A DNA stretch of 62,100 nt, filler included. It is 4 parts of 4 records of this genome, joined end to end, with 100 filler letters (N's around TTAATTAATTAA, not from the genome) between each part and the next. Parts side by side here need not be neighbours in the genome. Positions count along the whole stretch, not along the records: positions 1 to 10,123 come from SRR20825006_1037; positions 10,224 to 32,029 come from SRR20825006_1041; 2 more parts are not named here. One strand, 5' to 3'. Position 1 is the stretch's first letter. The number at the start of each line of letters is the position of its first letter. The notes under the pieces are model-generated. The model was not told the DNA's origin and searched no databases. It saw only the letters and a program-made list of their open reading frames with translations. A program made the position numbers and the translations under genes. This document shows positions 1 through 13,350 of the stretch, piece after piece.

Positions 1-732
1 GCCATGTTCATGCATGGCGGCTGGATGCATATCGGCGGCAACATGCTGTATCTTTGGGTATTCGGCAACAATGTCGAAGACGCCATGGGGCATTTCAGAT
101 TTCTGGTGTTTTACCTTGTTTGCGGTATTGCCGCCGCACTCGGCCATGGCTTGCTTGATACCACATCGCAAATTCCGATGATCGGCGCATCCGGGGCGCT
201 GGCCGGGGTATTGGGGGCCTATTTCCTTCTGTATCCCAAGGCACGGGTTCTGGTGTGGTTCTTCTGGGTCTTTATCTTTTACGTTCCGGCGGTTGCCGTC
301 CTTGGTCTCTGGATCGGCATGCAGTTCGTCAATCTGTCGAGTGGTGCCGAACAGGGGGTGGCCATTCTGGCCCATATTGCCGGTTTCTTTGCCGGTCTGG
401 CGCTGATCCCGTTCTTTAAATATCGCTATATCCCGCTTTGGCAGGGCGGCCCCAAACAGGTCCCGGTTTTCGGTGTTTACCGGCCAGGTCGCAAAAGCAA
501 TGCAACCAATGCCTCACCACCGCCGTGGGCCGCGGCTTACGAGGCCGAACGTGCGGCACGCCGTGAACGGATGAAACGTGCGGGCCGTGGACCATGGGGA
601 CGCGCGGGTGAAACCAATATGGATAAATCCCCGTGGGGCCGGTATCAGCCGCCAAAGCCACAACCAAAACCAGGTGTAGGCGTACCAAAAGTTACGCGCT
701 TGCATCGCGGGGATGAACCCGACAATACTTGA
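1..732 (+). CDS. Rhomboid family intramembrane serine protease (5' truncated at window edge)
   Basis: MFxHGGWxHxxGNM motif, catalytic GASG and AHIAG motifs, several hydrophobic helices; long Pro/Gly/Arg-rich C-terminal tail. Confidence 0.92.
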   Translation, partial: AMFMHGGWMHIGGNMLYLWVFGNNVEDAMGHFRFLVFYLVCGIAAALGHGLLDTTSQIPMIGASGALAGVLGAYFLLYPKARVLVWFFWVFIFYVPAVAVLGLWIGMQFVNLSSGAEQGVAILAHIAGFFAGLALIPFFKYRYIPLWQGGPKQVPVFGVYRPGRKSNATNASPPPWAAAYEAERAARRERMKRAGRGPWGRAGETNMDKSPWGRYQPPKPQPKPGVGVPKVTRLHRGDEPDNT

Positions 733-765
733 TCAAAGTCTTTCCAACCGAACCGGGGAACGATC

Positions 766-1806
766 ATGCGCGCTGCCTTTTTCACCGAATATCAGGGCCC
801 AATTGAAGTCAGGAAATTGGACGATCCGACACCGGAAAATGGCGGCGTTGTCATCAAGGTTGGGGCGACCGGGCTGTGCCGAAGCGACTGGCACGGCTGG
901 ATGGGCCATGATTCCGATGTGAAACTGCCCCACGTTCCCGGCCATGAATTTGCCGGCACCATCGAAGCGGTTGGCAAGGATATCAAACGCTGGAAAGTTG
1001 GTGATCGGGTCACAGTCCCCTTCGTTTCGGGTTGCGGTCATTGCCCGGAATGCCACAGCGGCAATCATCAGGTCTGCGATCATCAGTTCCAGCCGGGCTT
1101 TACCCATTGGGGAAGCTTTGCCGAATATGTCGCGATTGACTATGCCGATACCAATCTGGTGCGCCTGCCCGATGAAATGGATTTCGCCACCGCCGCCAGC
1201 CTTGGCTGTCGTTTCGCCACCAGTTTCCGTGGCGTGATTGACCAGGGCAAAGTCAGTGCCGGTCAAATCGTGGCCGTTCACGGCTGCGGCGGTGTAGGGC
1301 TTTCAGCCATCATGATCGCAGCAGCGGCTGGTGCGCGCGTGATCGCGGTTGATATCGACGATGCCAAGCTTGATCTTGCCCGTGAACTGGGCGCGATCAA
1401 TATCCTTAACGCCAAAAACGGTGATGACATTCCGTCCGCGATCAAGGACCTGTCAGGCGGCGGGGCGCATGTATCCGTCGATGCCCTTGGCAGTTCGATC
1501 ACCAGTTTCAATTCGGTGTCATGTTTGCGCAAACGCGGCAAGCACATCCAGATCGGCCTTATGACCGGCGACCATGCCCATGCTCGCGTTCCGATGGACC
1601 GCGTAGTTGCCCACGAACTTGAAATCCTCGGCAGCCACGGCATGCAGGCATTTCGCTATGACGCGATGATCGACATGATCATGACCGGCAAACTCGCGCC
1701 ACAAAAACTGATCAGGGATCGAGTCACCCTGGCCGAGGGCGCAACGGCTTTGATGAATATGGATAATTTCGTCAGCACCGGCGTTACTGTGATCAACCGC
1801 TTCTAA
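766..1806 (+). CDS. Zinc-dependent alcohol dehydrogenase (MDR family)
   Basis: GLCRSD, GHE, CGHCPEC..C structural Zn site, GCGGVG nucleotide-binding motif. Confidence 0.93.
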   Translation: MRAAFFTEYQGPIEVRKLDDPTPENGGVVIKVGATGLCRSDWHGWMGHDSDVKLPHVPGHEFAGTIEAVGKDIKRWKVGDRVTVPFVSGCGHCPECHSGNHQVCDHQFQPGFTHWGSFAEYVAIDYADTNLVRLPDEMDFATAASLGCRFATSFRGVIDQGKVSAGQIVAVHGCGGVGLSAIMIAAAAGARVIAVDIDDAKLDLARELGAINILNAKNGDDIPSAIKDLSGGGAHVSVDALGSSITSFNSVSCLRKRGKHIQIGLMTGDHAHARVPMDRVVAHELEILGSHGMQAFRYDAMIDMIMTGKLAPQKLIRDRVTLAEGATALMNMDNFVSTGVTVINRF

Positions 1807-2028
1807 CACCAACAATTAATATGCTAAGCATCCTGCACCCTCACCGCCCTCTTTAGAATACTTATAATTTAAGAATTCCAAACTTTAAATCATTCATGGT
1901 TGAATGTCCTGTGCATAGCCCCTACGTTGCTTGTGGGTACTCAAAGTAATTCACAAGAGAACACCGGCTTTCGCAGGGGATACAAAGTGCGAAAGAAACG
2001 GTTTCCAACCTGAAAAGAGAGGGAACCG

Positions 2029-2202
2029 ATGACAGATATTCAAACGATGGATTCCGGCACACGGCGCAAAACTGAATTGCGCTGCTTCGTTTTGCTGGCT
2101 GTTGTCCTGGCCCCGGTACTGGCGGTTGCGCTGGTCGGCGGGCTTGGATTTTCAATCTGGATTTATCAGATGTTTGCCGGGCCCCCTGGACCACCGATGT
2201 AA
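2029..2202 (+). CDS. napE: Periplasmic nitrate reductase membrane protein NapE (57 aa; absent from the ORF track)
   Basis: Manual translation MTDIQTMDSGTRRKTELRCFVLLAVVLAPVLAVALVGGLGFSIWIYQMFAGPPGPPM; characteristic VGGxGFxIW..Q...GPPGPP; GAGGG SD; first gene of nap operon. Confidence 0.93.
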   Translation: MTDIQTMDSGTRRKTELRCFVLLAVVLAPVLAVALVGGLGFSIWIYQMFAGPPGPPM

Positions 2203-2219
2203 TATCGGGGAACGTCGTC

Positions 2220-2747
2220 ATGTCATCTGCACCGAAACTTACCAGTAGGCGTGCTTTCTTTTCCGGTCTGCGCGGTTTGCCCGCAGACATGGGGGAAACG
2301 CACACGCCAAATATCATCCGGCCTCCTTGGTCATGGGGGTTCGAAGATCACTGCACCGCGTGTGGTGACTGCATTCACGCATGCCCGGAAAACATCATCA
2401 AGCCCGGTCCGGACGGACACCCGGAAATCGACTTCGCAAAAGGCGAATGCACCTTCTGTGACGCCTGTGCGGATGCCTGTAACGAACCGGTTTTTGATCG
2501 TTCGGCTCCCGCCCCTTGGCATCTTGACGTTTCTGTCAGCAGCAAATGCTTTGCCGAAAACGGTGTCTATTGCCGTTCCTGCGGTGATGTCTGCCCGGAA
2601 AGCGCGATCCGCATCATTCCGCAATTGGGCGGTCGCGCCCGCGTATTGATCGACGACGATCTTTGTACCGGCTGTGGTGCCTGTTTTAGCGCATGCCCGG
2701 TTGATGCCATTTCAATCAAACCCGCCACGGAGATAGCCCATGGATGA
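2220..2747 (+). CDS. napF: Ferredoxin-type protein NapF
   Basis: SRRAFF N-terminus, IRPPW motif, four CxxCxxCxxxC clusters; nap operon position. Confidence 0.95.
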   Translation: MSSAPKLTSRRAFFSGLRGLPADMGETHTPNIIRPPWSWGFEDHCTACGDCIHACPENIIKPGPDGHPEIDFAKGECTFCDACADACNEPVFDRSAPAPWHLDVSVSSKCFAENGVYCRSCGDVCPESAIRIIPQLGGRARVLIDDDLCTGCGACFSACPVDAISIKPATEIAHG

Positions 2748-2991
2748 CAAAGTAGGCGTGATCTCCAGCATGATCATTCAGTCTCGCCCTGAAAATATGA
2801 CAGCAATCAAGGCAGCCCTTCTGAACATGCCCGACACTGAAATCAGTGCCGATGACCCGTCCGGAAAGATCGTTGTCGTGATGGAAGCCGCAAGCGACCG
2901 ACAGCTCGCAGACGGCATGAAAAAGATCGGCGACATCCCCGGTGTTCTGGGGGTTAACCTGGTCTTCCATCACAATGAAAACGCCCAATAA
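2740..2991 (+). CDS. napD: NapA signal-peptide chaperone NapD
   Basis: 83 aa with ISSxII..P, GKIVVVxE and GVLxxxLVFH motifs; overlaps napF, precedes napA. Confidence 0.93.
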   Translation: MDDKVGVISSMIIQSRPENMTAIKAALLNMPDTEISADDPSGKIVVVMEAASDRQLADGMKKIGDIPGVLGVNLVFHHNENAQ

Positions 2992-3033
2992 CAACCAATA
3001 ATCCGTCTGACCTTTGGCTCGAGGAAATTAACA

Positions 3034-5538
3034 ATGTTCAAGGCAAAGATATCCCGTCGCGATGCCCTGAAAGCAAAAGCCGCCGCCGTTGCCGCCGCGG
3101 CTGCTGGCATCAGTTTGCCTGCTGCGGCACAAAATCTGGTGACTGATTCGGAACACACCCAACTCAAATGGTCAAAGGCCCCCTGCCGGTTCTGCGGCAC
3201 GGGCTGTTCCGTCATGGTCGCGACCAAGGACAACCATGTGGTTGCCACCCATGGCGATGTCCTGTCCCCGGTTAACCGTGGCCTGAACTGCGTCAAAGGC
3301 TACTTCCTGTCAAAGATCATGTATGGCCAGGACCGCCTGACACAGCCGTTGCTGCGTAAAAAGAACGGTGTCTATGACAAGAACGGCGATTTTACGCCCG
3401 TCTCGTGGGACGAGGCCTTTGACGTGATGGCCGAAAAATGGAAAGCCGCACTCAAGGCAAAAGGCCCGACTTCCGTCGGGATGTTCGGGTCCGGCCAATG
3501 GACGGTCTGGGAAGGATATGCCGCCTCCAAACTGATGAAGGCCGGTTTCCGATCCAACAACCTTGACCCCAATGCACGTCATTGCATGGCGTCCGCCGTT
3601 GTCGGTTTCATGCGCACATTTGGCATGGACGAACCGATGGGGTGCTATGACGACATGGAAGCCGCCGACGCGTTTGTGCTGTGGGGATCGAACATGGCGG
3701 AAATGCACCCGATCCTTTGGACGCGTGTCACTGATCGTCGCCTGTCGGCCCCGCATGTCAAGGTCGCGGTTCTTTCAACATATGAACATCGCTGTTTTGA
3801 CCTTGCCGATATCCCGATGGTGTTCAAGCCGCAGACCGACCTGGCGATCCTGAACTATATCGCCAATCACATCATCCAGACCGACCGGGTCAATACCGAT
3901 TTTGTCAACAAACACACGATCTTCCGCCGCGGTAACATCGATATCGGTTATGGACTGCGCCCCGAAGATCCGCGCGAACAATCGGCCCAAAATGCATCGG
4001 ATGCCGGTGGCTCGACCGACATGACATTTGACGAGTTCGCCGAATTCGTCTCGGAATACACCCTTGATAAGGTCCATGAAATGACCGGCGTTCCCAAGGA
4101 GCGCCTCGAAGCTCTGGCCGAACTTTATGCCGATCCGAAAATCAAGGTCACGTCTTTCTGGACCATGGGCTTTAACCAGCATACCCGTGGGGTTTGGGCC
4201 AACAACCTTTGCTACAACATCCATCTTCTGACCGGTAAAATCGCCGAACCGGGCAATTCACCCTTCTCGCTGACCGGGCAGCCCTCGGCCTGTGGTACCG
4301 CACGCGAAGTCGGCACGTTTTCCCATCGCCTGCCCGCCGATCTGGTGGTGACCAATCCCGAACACCGCAAACACGCCGAAGAAATCTGGAAACTGCCCGA
4401 AGGCACAATTCCCGACAAGGTCGGCTACCATGCCGTGCTTCAGAACCGGATGCTCAAGGACGGCAAGCTCAACGCGTACTGGGTCCAGTGCAATAACAAC
4501 ATGCAGGCTGGCGCCAACATGAACGAGGAAGGCTGGCCCGGTTACCGCAACCCGGAAAACTTCATTGCCGTTTCCGACGTCTATCCGACCGTCACCTGCG
4601 AGGCCGCCGACCTGATCCTGCCGACTGCGATGTGGGTCGAAAAAGAAGGCTGTTATGGCAATGCCGAACGCCGCACGCATATGTGGCATCAGCTGGTCGA
4701 CGCGCCGGGCGAAGCCAAATCCGATCTGTGGCAATTGATGGAATTCTCCAAACGCTTCAAGATCGAGGAAGTCTGGCCCGAAGACCTTCTGGCCAAGGCA
4801 CCGGAACTGCGTGGCAAAACCATGTTTGACGTGCTGTTCCAGAATGGACAGGTCAATAAATTCCCGCTCGAAGATACCGCACCGGACTACAACAACGTCG
4901 AAGCCAAGCATTTCGGTTTCTACGTCCAGAAGGGCCTGTTCGAAGAATACGCGACCTTTGGCCGCGGCCATGGTCACGACCTTGCCCCGTTCGACAGATA
5001 CCACGAAGTACGCGGCCTGCGCTGGCCCGTTGTGGACGGCAAGGAAACCCTGTGGCGTTACCGTGAAGGGTACGATCCCTATGTCATGCCGGGGGCCGGG
5101 GTCGAATTTTACGGCCACAAGGATGGCAAGGCGCGCATCTTTGCCCTCCCGTATGAGCCGCCCGCCGAAAGCCCGGATGAAGAATATCCCTATTGGCTGT
5201 GTACCGGACGTGTGCTGGAACACTGGCATTCCGGTTCGATGACCGAACGGGTTCCCGAACTTTACCGGGCGTTCCCGGATGCACTTTGCTTCATCCATCC
5301 CGACGATGCCGCCGAAATGGGCATGCGACGCGGCGACGAGGTCCGGGTGATTTCAAGACGGGGTGAAATGCGCACCCGCGTTGAAACACGCGGCCGCAAC
5401 ACCCCCCCGCGTGGCCTGATCTTTGTGCCGTGGTTCGATGCAAGCCAGCTGATCAACAAGGTCACGCTGGATGCCACCGACCCGATGTCCAAACAGACGG
5501 ACTTCAAAAAATGCGCCGTCCGTCTGGAAAAGGTGTGA
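3034..5538 (+). CDS. napA: Periplasmic nitrate reductase catalytic subunit
   Basis: Tat signal [16 protein letters not shown] [4Fe-4S] motif, NARHCMAS Mo ligand, GQPSACG, C-terminal DFKKCAV. Confidence 0.99.
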   Translation: MFKAKISRRDALKAKAAAVAAAAAGISLPAAAQNLVTDSEHTQLKWSKAPCRFCGTGCSVMVATKDNHVVATHGDVLSPVNRGLNCVKGYFLSKIMYGQDRLTQPLLRKKNGVYDKNGDFTPVSWDEAFDVMAEKWKAALKAKGPTSVGMFGSGQWTVWEGYAASKLMKAGFRSNNLDPNARHCMASAVVGFMRTFGMDEPMGCYDDMEAADAFVLWGSNMAEMHPILWTRVTDRRLSAPHVKVAVLSTYEHRCFDLADIPMVFKPQTDLAILNYIANHIIQTDRVNTDFVNKHTIFRRGNIDIGYGLRPEDPREQSAQNASDAGGSTDMTFDEFAEFVSEYTLDKVHEMTGVPKERLEALAELYADPKIKVTSFWTMGFNQHTRGVWANNLCYNIHLLTGKIAEPGNSPFSLTGQPSACGTAREVGTFSHRLPADLVVTNPEHRKHAEEIWKLPEGTIPDKVGYHAVLQNRMLKDGKLNAYWVQCNNNMQAGANMNEEGWPGYRNPENFIAVSDVYPTVTCEAADLILPTAMWVEKEGCYGNAERRTHMWHQLVDAPGEAKSDLWQLMEFSKRFKIEEVWPEDLLAKAPELRGKTMFDVLFQNGQVNKFPLEDTAPDYNNVEAKHFGFYVQKGLFEEYATFGRGHGHDLAPFDRYHEVRGLRWPVVDGKETLWRYREGYDPYVMPGAGVEFYGHKDGKARIFALPYEPPAESPDEEYPYWLCTGRVLEHWHSGSMTERVPELYRAFPDALCFIHPDDAAEMGMRRGDEVRVISRRGEMRTRVETRGRNTPPRGLIFVPWFDASQLINKVTLDATDPMSKQTDFKKCAVRLEKV

Positions 5539-5549
5539 GGGAGGAAACC

Positions 5550-6014
5550 ATGAAAATGACCCCGAAATGGCTCATGGCGCTGGCGATTATTGCAATTGCT
5601 GGCGCGGCATATGCCGCCGAACCGATCACCACCCTGCGCAGCACCGCCCCCGATCAGGAGAGCGAGGCACCGCGGATCAGCAACTTCGAGGATACGGACC
5701 AGAAACGCCCGCGCAATTATCCCGAACAGCCGCCAACCATCCCGCACGATATCGAAGGATATCAGATCGATAAAAACGCCAATAAATGCCTGTCATGTCA
5801 TGCGCGTTCGCGCACCGGCGAAAGCGGCGCACCGATGGTTTCGATCACCCATTTCATGGATCGGGACGGTCAGTTTTTGGCCGCGGTCAGCCCACGGCGC
5901 TATTTCTGCACGCAGTGCCATGTGTCCCAACGTCAGGTCGAGCCGCTGGTCGGCAACAGCTTTGTCGATATTGATGCATTGCTGCCCAACAATAGCACGC
6001 GGATCGCGGAATAG
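5550..6014 (+). CDS. napB: Diheme cytochrome c subunit NapB
   Basis: ATG at 5550 after GGAGG; signal peptide; QPPTIPH; CLSCH and CTQCH heme motifs. Confidence 0.97.
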   Translation: MKMTPKWLMALAIIAIAGAAYAAEPITTLRSTAPDQESEAPRISNFEDTDQKRPRNYPEQPPTIPHDIEGYQIDKNANKCLSCHARSRTGESGAPMVSITHFMDRDGQFLAAVSPRRYFCTQCHVSQRQVEPLVGNSFVDIDALLPNNSTRIAE

Positions 6015-6025
6015 GGAGATTGCCA

Positions 6026-6616
6026 ATGTTCGATCTTCTGAAACGCTATTGGAAGGTCCTGAATTCACCAAGTGTGCATTTCAGCCTCGCCTTTTTGACG
6101 CTGGGCGGCTTCGTTGCCGGTGTTATCTTCTGGGGCGGGTTCAACACCGCCCTTGAAGCGACCAACACTGAAAAGTTCTGCATTTCATGTCATGAAATGC
6201 GGGACAACGTTTTTGCCGAACTTAAATCAACCATCCACTATTCCAACCGGTCCGGTGTGCGCGCCACCTGTCCGGATTGTCATGTTCCGCATGAATGGAC
6301 TGACAAGATTGCCCGTAAAATGCAGGCATCCAAGGAAGTCTGGGGCAAGATTTTCGGCACCATCAGCACACGCGACAAGTTTGTTGAAAAGCGTCTTGAA
6401 CTGGCTCAGCACGAATGGGCCCGGCTGAAAGCCAACAATTCGCTGGAATGCCGTAACTGCCATTCTGCTGAATCGATGGACATCACCCGCCAAAGCCCCC
6501 GTGCCGTCGAAGCGCACGAGAAATTTTTGTTCACCGGCGAAAAGACATGTATCGACTGTCACAAAGGTATAGCGCATCATCTGCCTGACATGTCGGGTGT
6601 TCCCGAGTGGCAGTAA
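6026..6616 (+). CDS. napC: Tetraheme membrane-anchored cytochrome c NapC
   Basis: N-terminal TM helix; four CxxCH motifs (CISCH, CPDCH, CRNCH, CIDCH); KGIAH. Confidence 0.97.
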   Translation: MFDLLKRYWKVLNSPSVHFSLAFLTLGGFVAGVIFWGGFNTALEATNTEKFCISCHEMRDNVFAELKSTIHYSNRSGVRATCPDCHVPHEWTDKIARKMQASKEVWGKIFGTISTRDKFVEKRLELAQHEWARLKANNSLECRNCHSAESMDITRQSPRAVEAHEKFLFTGEKTCIDCHKGIAHHLPDMSGVPEWQ

Positions 6617-6621
6617 CCGAT

Positions 6622-6660
6622 TTTCGGCGTGATCGCATCTGTGTGGCGATCACGCCGAAA
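6622..6660 (+). terminator. Perfect 15-bp stem-loop after napC (terminator or mRNA stabiliser)
   Basis: TTTCGGCGTGATCGC - 9 nt loop - GCGATCACGCCGAAA; no strong U-tract on the + strand. Confidence 0.6.
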
Positions 6661-6740
6661 TCTGCGCGAAGGACGGGCTATGACTATGACGATATTTGGC
6701 GACACCGGCGTTTTGCCACATGGCAACCGGGGCTAGATAA

Positions 6741-7259
6741 ATGCTGGCTGGTATCCCCTTTCTTCCCAAAGACGCTATCGACGATCTGCTGGATCGTCTG
6801 GCAAATCAGGTCGTTGCCAAGGGGCTGCGCGTCGCGGGCTATGTGCAGAAACGCCGCGCGGACCGTGATTGCGGAACCCTGGTGTATGTCCGCAATCTTG
6901 GCACCGGACATGAAATGCCGATCACCAAAAACCGCGGGTCACTGGCACGCGGCTGCAAGCTGGATGGCGATGCATTGGCAACCCTGTCCGAACAGCTTGA
7001 AAGCGATCTGGATCATGCCCCCGATATCCTGATCATCGGGCGGTTTGGACGCAGCGAAGCCGACGGGCGCGGATTGCGCGACGTGATATCAAAGGCAATG
7101 GATTTGGGAATTCCGGTACTGGTCGGGGTTCGCGATGAATATGACGCCGCCTGGCAGGACTTCCACGGTGGCTATGCCCAAACCCTGCCCTTTGACGAGG
7201 ACTCAATCATCATCTGGTGGCAGGAACAAGTCAGGGAACGCGCGACACAGGAAGCCTGA
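6741..7259 (+). CDS. DUF2478 family protein
   Basis: GLRVAGYVQ, I...RG..ARGCKLD..AL, DILIIGRFGRSEADGRGLR, GIPVLVGV, W..F.GG motifs match the family as recalled. Confidence 0.8.
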   Translation: MLAGIPFLPKDAIDDLLDRLANQVVAKGLRVAGYVQKRRADRDCGTLVYVRNLGTGHEMPITKNRGSLARGCKLDGDALATLSEQLESDLDHAPDILIIGRFGRSEADGRGLRDVISKAMDLGIPVLVGVRDEYDAAWQDFHGGYAQTLPFDEDSIIIWWQEQVRERATQEA

Positions 7260-7281
7260 TGACCTTTCATCAGGCCACACG

Positions 7282-8028
7282 CTAAACGCTGCAAACGCCA
7301 AGGTTGGCATCAACAATAACCCGCTCGTCGATCAGAACGCGGGTCGCAAAACTTTCAAACCACGCCCCGAATGCCGTATCATATCTGGCGCGTCCGGCAC
7401 GCTGTTGATCAGGGTTCTGACCATTCGGGCGTTCAGTCTTTTCCGCGGATTTCGCAAGCCAGCGTTCATGCGTTTCGTCATCGACTTCGGGATGGAACTG
7501 AATACCCCAGATCCGTTTATCAACGTGATAGGCCTGATTGGGGAAAACCGAACCACGGGCCATCAACTCGGCCCTCTCGGGAAGCTCGAACCCCTCGCTG
7601 TGCCAGTGATAAACCATCATTTCATCGGGGAATAATTCACGCCCGGCCTCGGTCGCCTCGATCGGATAATAACCGATTTCAGTCATGCCATCGGCACGCG
7701 AGGTGACTTTGGCCCCCAAATGGCGCGCCATCAATTGCGCACCAAGGCAAATGCCCAGATACATCGCGTTGCTGTTCACGACATGGGGCAGCCATTCCAT
7801 GATCTTTGCAACATTAGCCTCATGGTCATCATTGGCACTCATCGGACCGCCAAACACAATCGCCAGATGGTATCCTGACATATCACTTGGCAACGCGTCG
7901 CCTTCACCCGGACGGCGAATATCGAACTCGTACCCATACCGGCGCAAAACAGCCCCAACCCGACCGGGTTGACCGGTGGCAGAATTGAAAACCATTAAAA
8001 CGCGTTTCGCGGGACTTAATTCGTTCAT
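7282..8028 (-). CDS. Class I glutamine amidotransferase-like protein (GMP synthase GATase-like)
   Basis: FGGPMSAND, GICLGAQL nucleophile elbow, QFHPE; start chosen at ATG 8028. Confidence 0.9.
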   Translation of the reverse strand: MNELSPAKRVLMVFNSATGQPGRVGAVLRRYGYEFDIRRPGEGDALPSDMSGYHLAIVFGGPMSANDDHEANVAKIMEWLPHVVNSNAMYLGICLGAQLMARHLGAKVTSRADGMTEIGYYPIEATEAGRELFPDEMMVYHWHSEGFELPERAELMARGSVFPNQAYHVDKRIWGIQFHPEVDDETHERWLAKSAEKTERPNGQNPDQQRAGRARYDTAFGAWFESFATRVLIDERVIVDANLGVCSV

Positions 8029-8116
8029 GCCGACCTCGTTGCTGCGATAGCGAAAGGGTGGCGGTTTAGAACCGTTTTGACAAGCCCCGAGACCATAAAA
8101 GGCAAAACGACATGAC

Positions 8117-8146
8117 AAAAGGCCACCGCATTTCTGCGATGGCCTT
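8117..8146 (-). terminator. Rho-independent terminator of ychF
   Basis: Minus strand AAGGCCATCGCA-GAAA-TGCGGTGGCC followed by TTTT. Confidence 0.7.
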
Positions 8147-8186
8147 CGGGGCTTTTCCCAATCGTCATATAATGCCGAAAAGCGGC

Positions 8187-9290
8187 TTATACGTTGAATT
8201 TAAAGTGGAAGATGTCTCCGTCCTTGACGATGTAGGTCTTGCCTTCCTGACGCAGTTTGCCGTTATCGCGTGCACCGGCTTCACCGCCAAAGGTGATGAA
8301 ATCGTCATAGGCGATGGTTTCGGCCTTGATGAAACCGCGTTCAAAATCGGTATGGATCACACCGGCGGCATTCGGTGCGGTTGCGCCGGAATATACTGTC
8401 CATGCACGCGCTTCTTTCGGGCCAACCGTGAAGAAGGTCAAAAGGTTAAGCAGCTTGTAGCCTTCGCGGATAACACGTGCCAGACCGGTTTCTTCAAGAC
8501 CAAGACCTTCAAGGAATTCTTTCTTGTCTTCTGCACTATCCAGCAGGGCAACCTCGGACTCAATCGCGGCTGAAATCACAACCGAACGCGCCCCCTGTGA
8601 AGCGGCCATTTCGGCAACCTTGGCCGAAAGCGCATTGCCATCAGCCGCACTGTCTTCATCCACGTTGCACGCATAAAGGACCGGCTTGCTGGTCAGAAGC
8701 TGCAACATGCGAAACGCCTTGGCTTCGTCTTCGTTGTTGATTTCAACAACACGTGCCGGTTTGCCTTCGCGCAGGGCTTCAAGCGTACGTTCAATCAGCT
8801 CCAGCGTCAGTTTGGCGTCTTTATCGCCACCCTTGGCACGTTTCTGAAGGCCGGTAACGCGCTTTTCAAGGCTGTCCATATCGGCCAGCATCAATTCGGT
8901 TTCGATGGTTTCCGCATCACGCACCGGATCAACCGATCCTTCGACATGGGTGATGTCCCCATCTTCGAAACAACGCAGAACATGCACGATGGCATCGGTT
9001 TCGCGGATATTGGCCAGGAACTGGTTACCAAGCCCCTCGCCCTTGGATGCACCGCGCACAAGACCGGCGATATCAACGAATTCAAGCTGGGTTGGGATGA
9101 TGGTCGCCGACTTGCCGATGGCGGCAATCTTGTCAAGGCGTTCATCAGGAACGCTGACCCGACCGGTGTTCGGTTCGATGGTACAGAACGGGAAGTTCGC
9201 GGCTTCGGCCGCGGCCGTCTGTGTCAGGGCGTTAAACAGGGTCGATTTACCAACGTTGGGCAGACCGACAATACCGCATTTGAATCCCAT
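8187..9290 (-). CDS. ychF: Redox-regulated ribosome-binding ATPase YchF
   Basis: [35 protein letters not shown]-domain end [11 protein letters not shown]. Confidence 0.98.
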   Translation of the reverse strand: MGFKCGIVGLPNVGKSTLFNALTQTAAAEAANFPFCTIEPNTGRVSVPDERLDKIAAIGKSATIIPTQLEFVDIAGLVRGASKGEGLGNQFLANIRETDAIVHVLRCFEDGDITHVEGSVDPVRDAETIETELMLADMDSLEKRVTGLQKRAKGGDKDAKLTLELIERTLEALREGKPARVVEINNEDEAKAFRMLQLLTSKPVLYACNVDEDSAADGNALSAKVAEMAASQGARSVVISAAIESEVALLDSAEDKKEFLEGLGLEETGLARVIREGYKLLNLLTFFTVGPKEARAWTVYSGATAPNAAGVIHTDFERGFIKAETIAYDDFITFGGEAGARDNGKLRQEGKTYIVKDGDIFHFKFNV

Positions 9291-9354
9291 CTTTTCCGGG
9301 CTCCGTCACTTCGAATGTGTCTGAAACAGGATGGGGCAGGCCCCGATCCCGATG

Positions 9355-10123
9355 CTATTTCTTTTTGTTAAAGGCGCGTGCCAGTGCCTGCGCCATGGCG
9401 GTTGCGGCGTTGCTGACCGGGGTGTCGGGCTTGCCTTCAACCTCCGGCGCATCAGACGCACCTTTATCTTCTATCTTGCCGTCGCCTTTCACAGCGTTGG
9501 CCGATTTCTCACCCGCCGCAGCCGGTTTTGGCTTTTTCTCGGCCTTGGGTTTTGGCGGCGAGACAATGTGCGAAACCTTGCTCATGAAACCGCCATCGTC
9601 TCCCTTGACGAGACGCGGGAATTCAAGTGCGACGCCATCCAGCAGCGCCATAAGCCAACCGTTCTGTTCGGCCTTGGAAAAATCGCCCAGAACATGCCCG
9701 TGAACACGTTCCTTTTCCCCAGGATGGCCAATACCAAGCCGCACACGACGATATTCCTTGCCGCAATGGGCGTCGATAGACCGCAATCCGTTATGCCCGC
9801 CATGGCCGCCGCCGCGTTTGACGCGCAGCTTGCCCGGTGGAAGATCCAGCTCGTCATGCAGGACAATAACGTCTTCGATCGGAATTTTGTAAAAACGCAG
9901 GACTTCGCCAACGCTTTGGCCCGAAAGGTTCATGAAAGTTTCCGGCTTTAATACCAGAATCTTTTGGCCGTTCACTTCGCCTTCGGCAATTTGCCCCTGA
10001 AATTTCTTGCGCCAGGGGCCAAAAGAATGACGGCGGACGAGTTCGTCCGCCGCCATAAAGCCGATATTGTGGCGATTGGCGGCATATCCCGATCCCGGGT
10101 TCCCCAATCCAATCACCAATAAC
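9355..10123 (-). CDS. pth: Peptidyl-tRNA hydrolase (start codon cut by contig end) with C-terminal Lys/Pro/Ala-rich extension
   Basis: [36 protein letters not shown] motifs. Confidence 0.97.
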
Positions 10124-10223
10124 NNNNNNNNNNNNNNNNNNNNNNNNNNNNNNNNNNNNNNNNNNNNTTAATTAATTAANNNNNNNNNNNNNNNNNNNNN
10201 NNNNNNNNNNNNNNNNNNNNNNN
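10124..10223. other. Artificial contig linker
   Basis: 44 N + TTAATTAATTAA (stops in all six frames) + 44 N; genes on both sides truncated. Confidence 0.99.
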
Positions 10224-12369
<2,146 letters not shown>

Positions 12370-12438
12370 CCTTTGGGCCCCGCAAGCGATTGCGTGGCCC
12401 GAGCATTCTACGCGGCATGTGAGAGGAGGGAGGCTGGG

Positions 12439-13350
12439 GTGAAAGTCGGGATCGTTCTTGGACTGCATGACAGCCCCCTTTGGATCACGGATCAAATCCG
12501 CTCGATTCAGGATCAAAGCCACACCAATTGGGTGATGGTGATCCGCGACGATGGCCCGAAAACCGAAACGAGTGCGTTGGCGCAATCGTCAACTCAGAAC
12601 GATCCACGCATTTCCTATCGCTGTGCCGAGCCTGCGGGGTTTGTGGTCAATTTTCTAATGGGTCTGCGCGATCTCCCCGCTGACTGCGAGGCCGGGGCGT
12701 TTTCAGATCAAGATGACATCTGGAACCGTGACAAATTGGCCCGCGCCGTTGATGCGCTGCGTGACTTTGGTGATCGGCCCGCGCTGTATTGCGCGCGGCG
12801 GCATGTTTTGACCGAAAGGGGCATTGTGGGCGATACATTGCTCTATAAGCGCCCGCCGTCTTTCGCCAATGCCCTGATCGAAAACATCGCGCCGGGGAAT
12901 ACCATCGTTTTGAACCGCGCCGCCCTTGATCTCGCCCGCCGCACAGCACCACTTGCATCGGGTGTTTTTGCGCATGATTGGTGGCTGTATCAATTGATTA
13001 GCGGGGTTGGCGGCACCGTGATTTATGACCCCGAACCCGTTGTGCAGTATCGCCAGCACAGCCAAAACATTCTTGGCGCGGGGGAACATGGTCTGACCTG
13101 GCTGACCAACAAACTGGCCGTAACCAAAGGACTTTATCGGGCGCGTATTGATCAACAAACGGCGGCATTGCGCGCGGTTTATGATCGGCTGACGCCAGAA
13201 AACCAAACCCTCTTGGATTGCTTTTGTGCGGCGCGCCGGGCGAAAGGGCCGCTTTCGCGCCTGCGTGCTATGCGGCGTCTGCCCGTGCGGCGGCAAGGCA
13301 CGCTGTCGCATCTGACATTCCTCACGGCTGTGGTCTGTGGCTATGCGTGA
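12439..13350 (+). CDS. Glycosyltransferase family 2 (rhamnosyltransferase-like)
   Basis: GTG start after GGAGG; IRDDG, FSDQDDIW, HDWW, YRQH..N motifs. Confidence 0.88.
   Translation: MKVGIVLGLHDSPLWITDQIRSIQDQSHTNWVMVIRDDGPKTETSALAQSSTQNDPRISYRCAEPAGFVVNFLMGLRDLPADCEAGAFSDQDDIWNRDKLARAVDALRDFGDRPALYCARRHVLTERGIVGDTLLYKRPPSFANALIENIAPGNTIVLNRAALDLARRTAPLASGVFAHDWWLYQLISGVGGTVIYDPEPVVQYRQHSQNILGAGEHGLTWLTNKLAVTKGLYRARIDQQTAALRAVYDRLTPENQTLLDCFCAARRAKGPLSRLRAMRRLPVRRQGTLSHLTFLTAVVCGYA

Noticed and set aside
1807..2028. AT-rich region upstream of napE searched for FNR, NarP and ModE sites
   Set aside because: No TTGAT-N4-ATCAA and no correctly spaced 7-2-7 site; only short chance-level palindromes such as TACT-CAA-AGTA.
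2220..2270. Twin-arginine motif in NapF implying export
   Set aside because: No hydrophobic h-region follows; this motif is a known feature of cytoplasmic NapF.
1922..2317. 131-aa minus-strand ORF upstream of napF
   Set aside because: Overlaps napE and napF on the opposite strand and has no motifs.
6697..6716. Possible sigma-54 promoter before DUF2478
   Set aside because: GG and GC are not at the required 10-nt spacing.
9355..9560. C-terminal extension of Pth as a novel fused domain
   Set aside because: Low-complexity Lys/Pro/Ala tail of a kind common in alphaproteobacterial Pth; no domain signal.
10168..10179. TTAATTAATTAA palindrome occurring three times
   Set aside because: Synthetic six-frame stop linker flanked by N runs, not biological.
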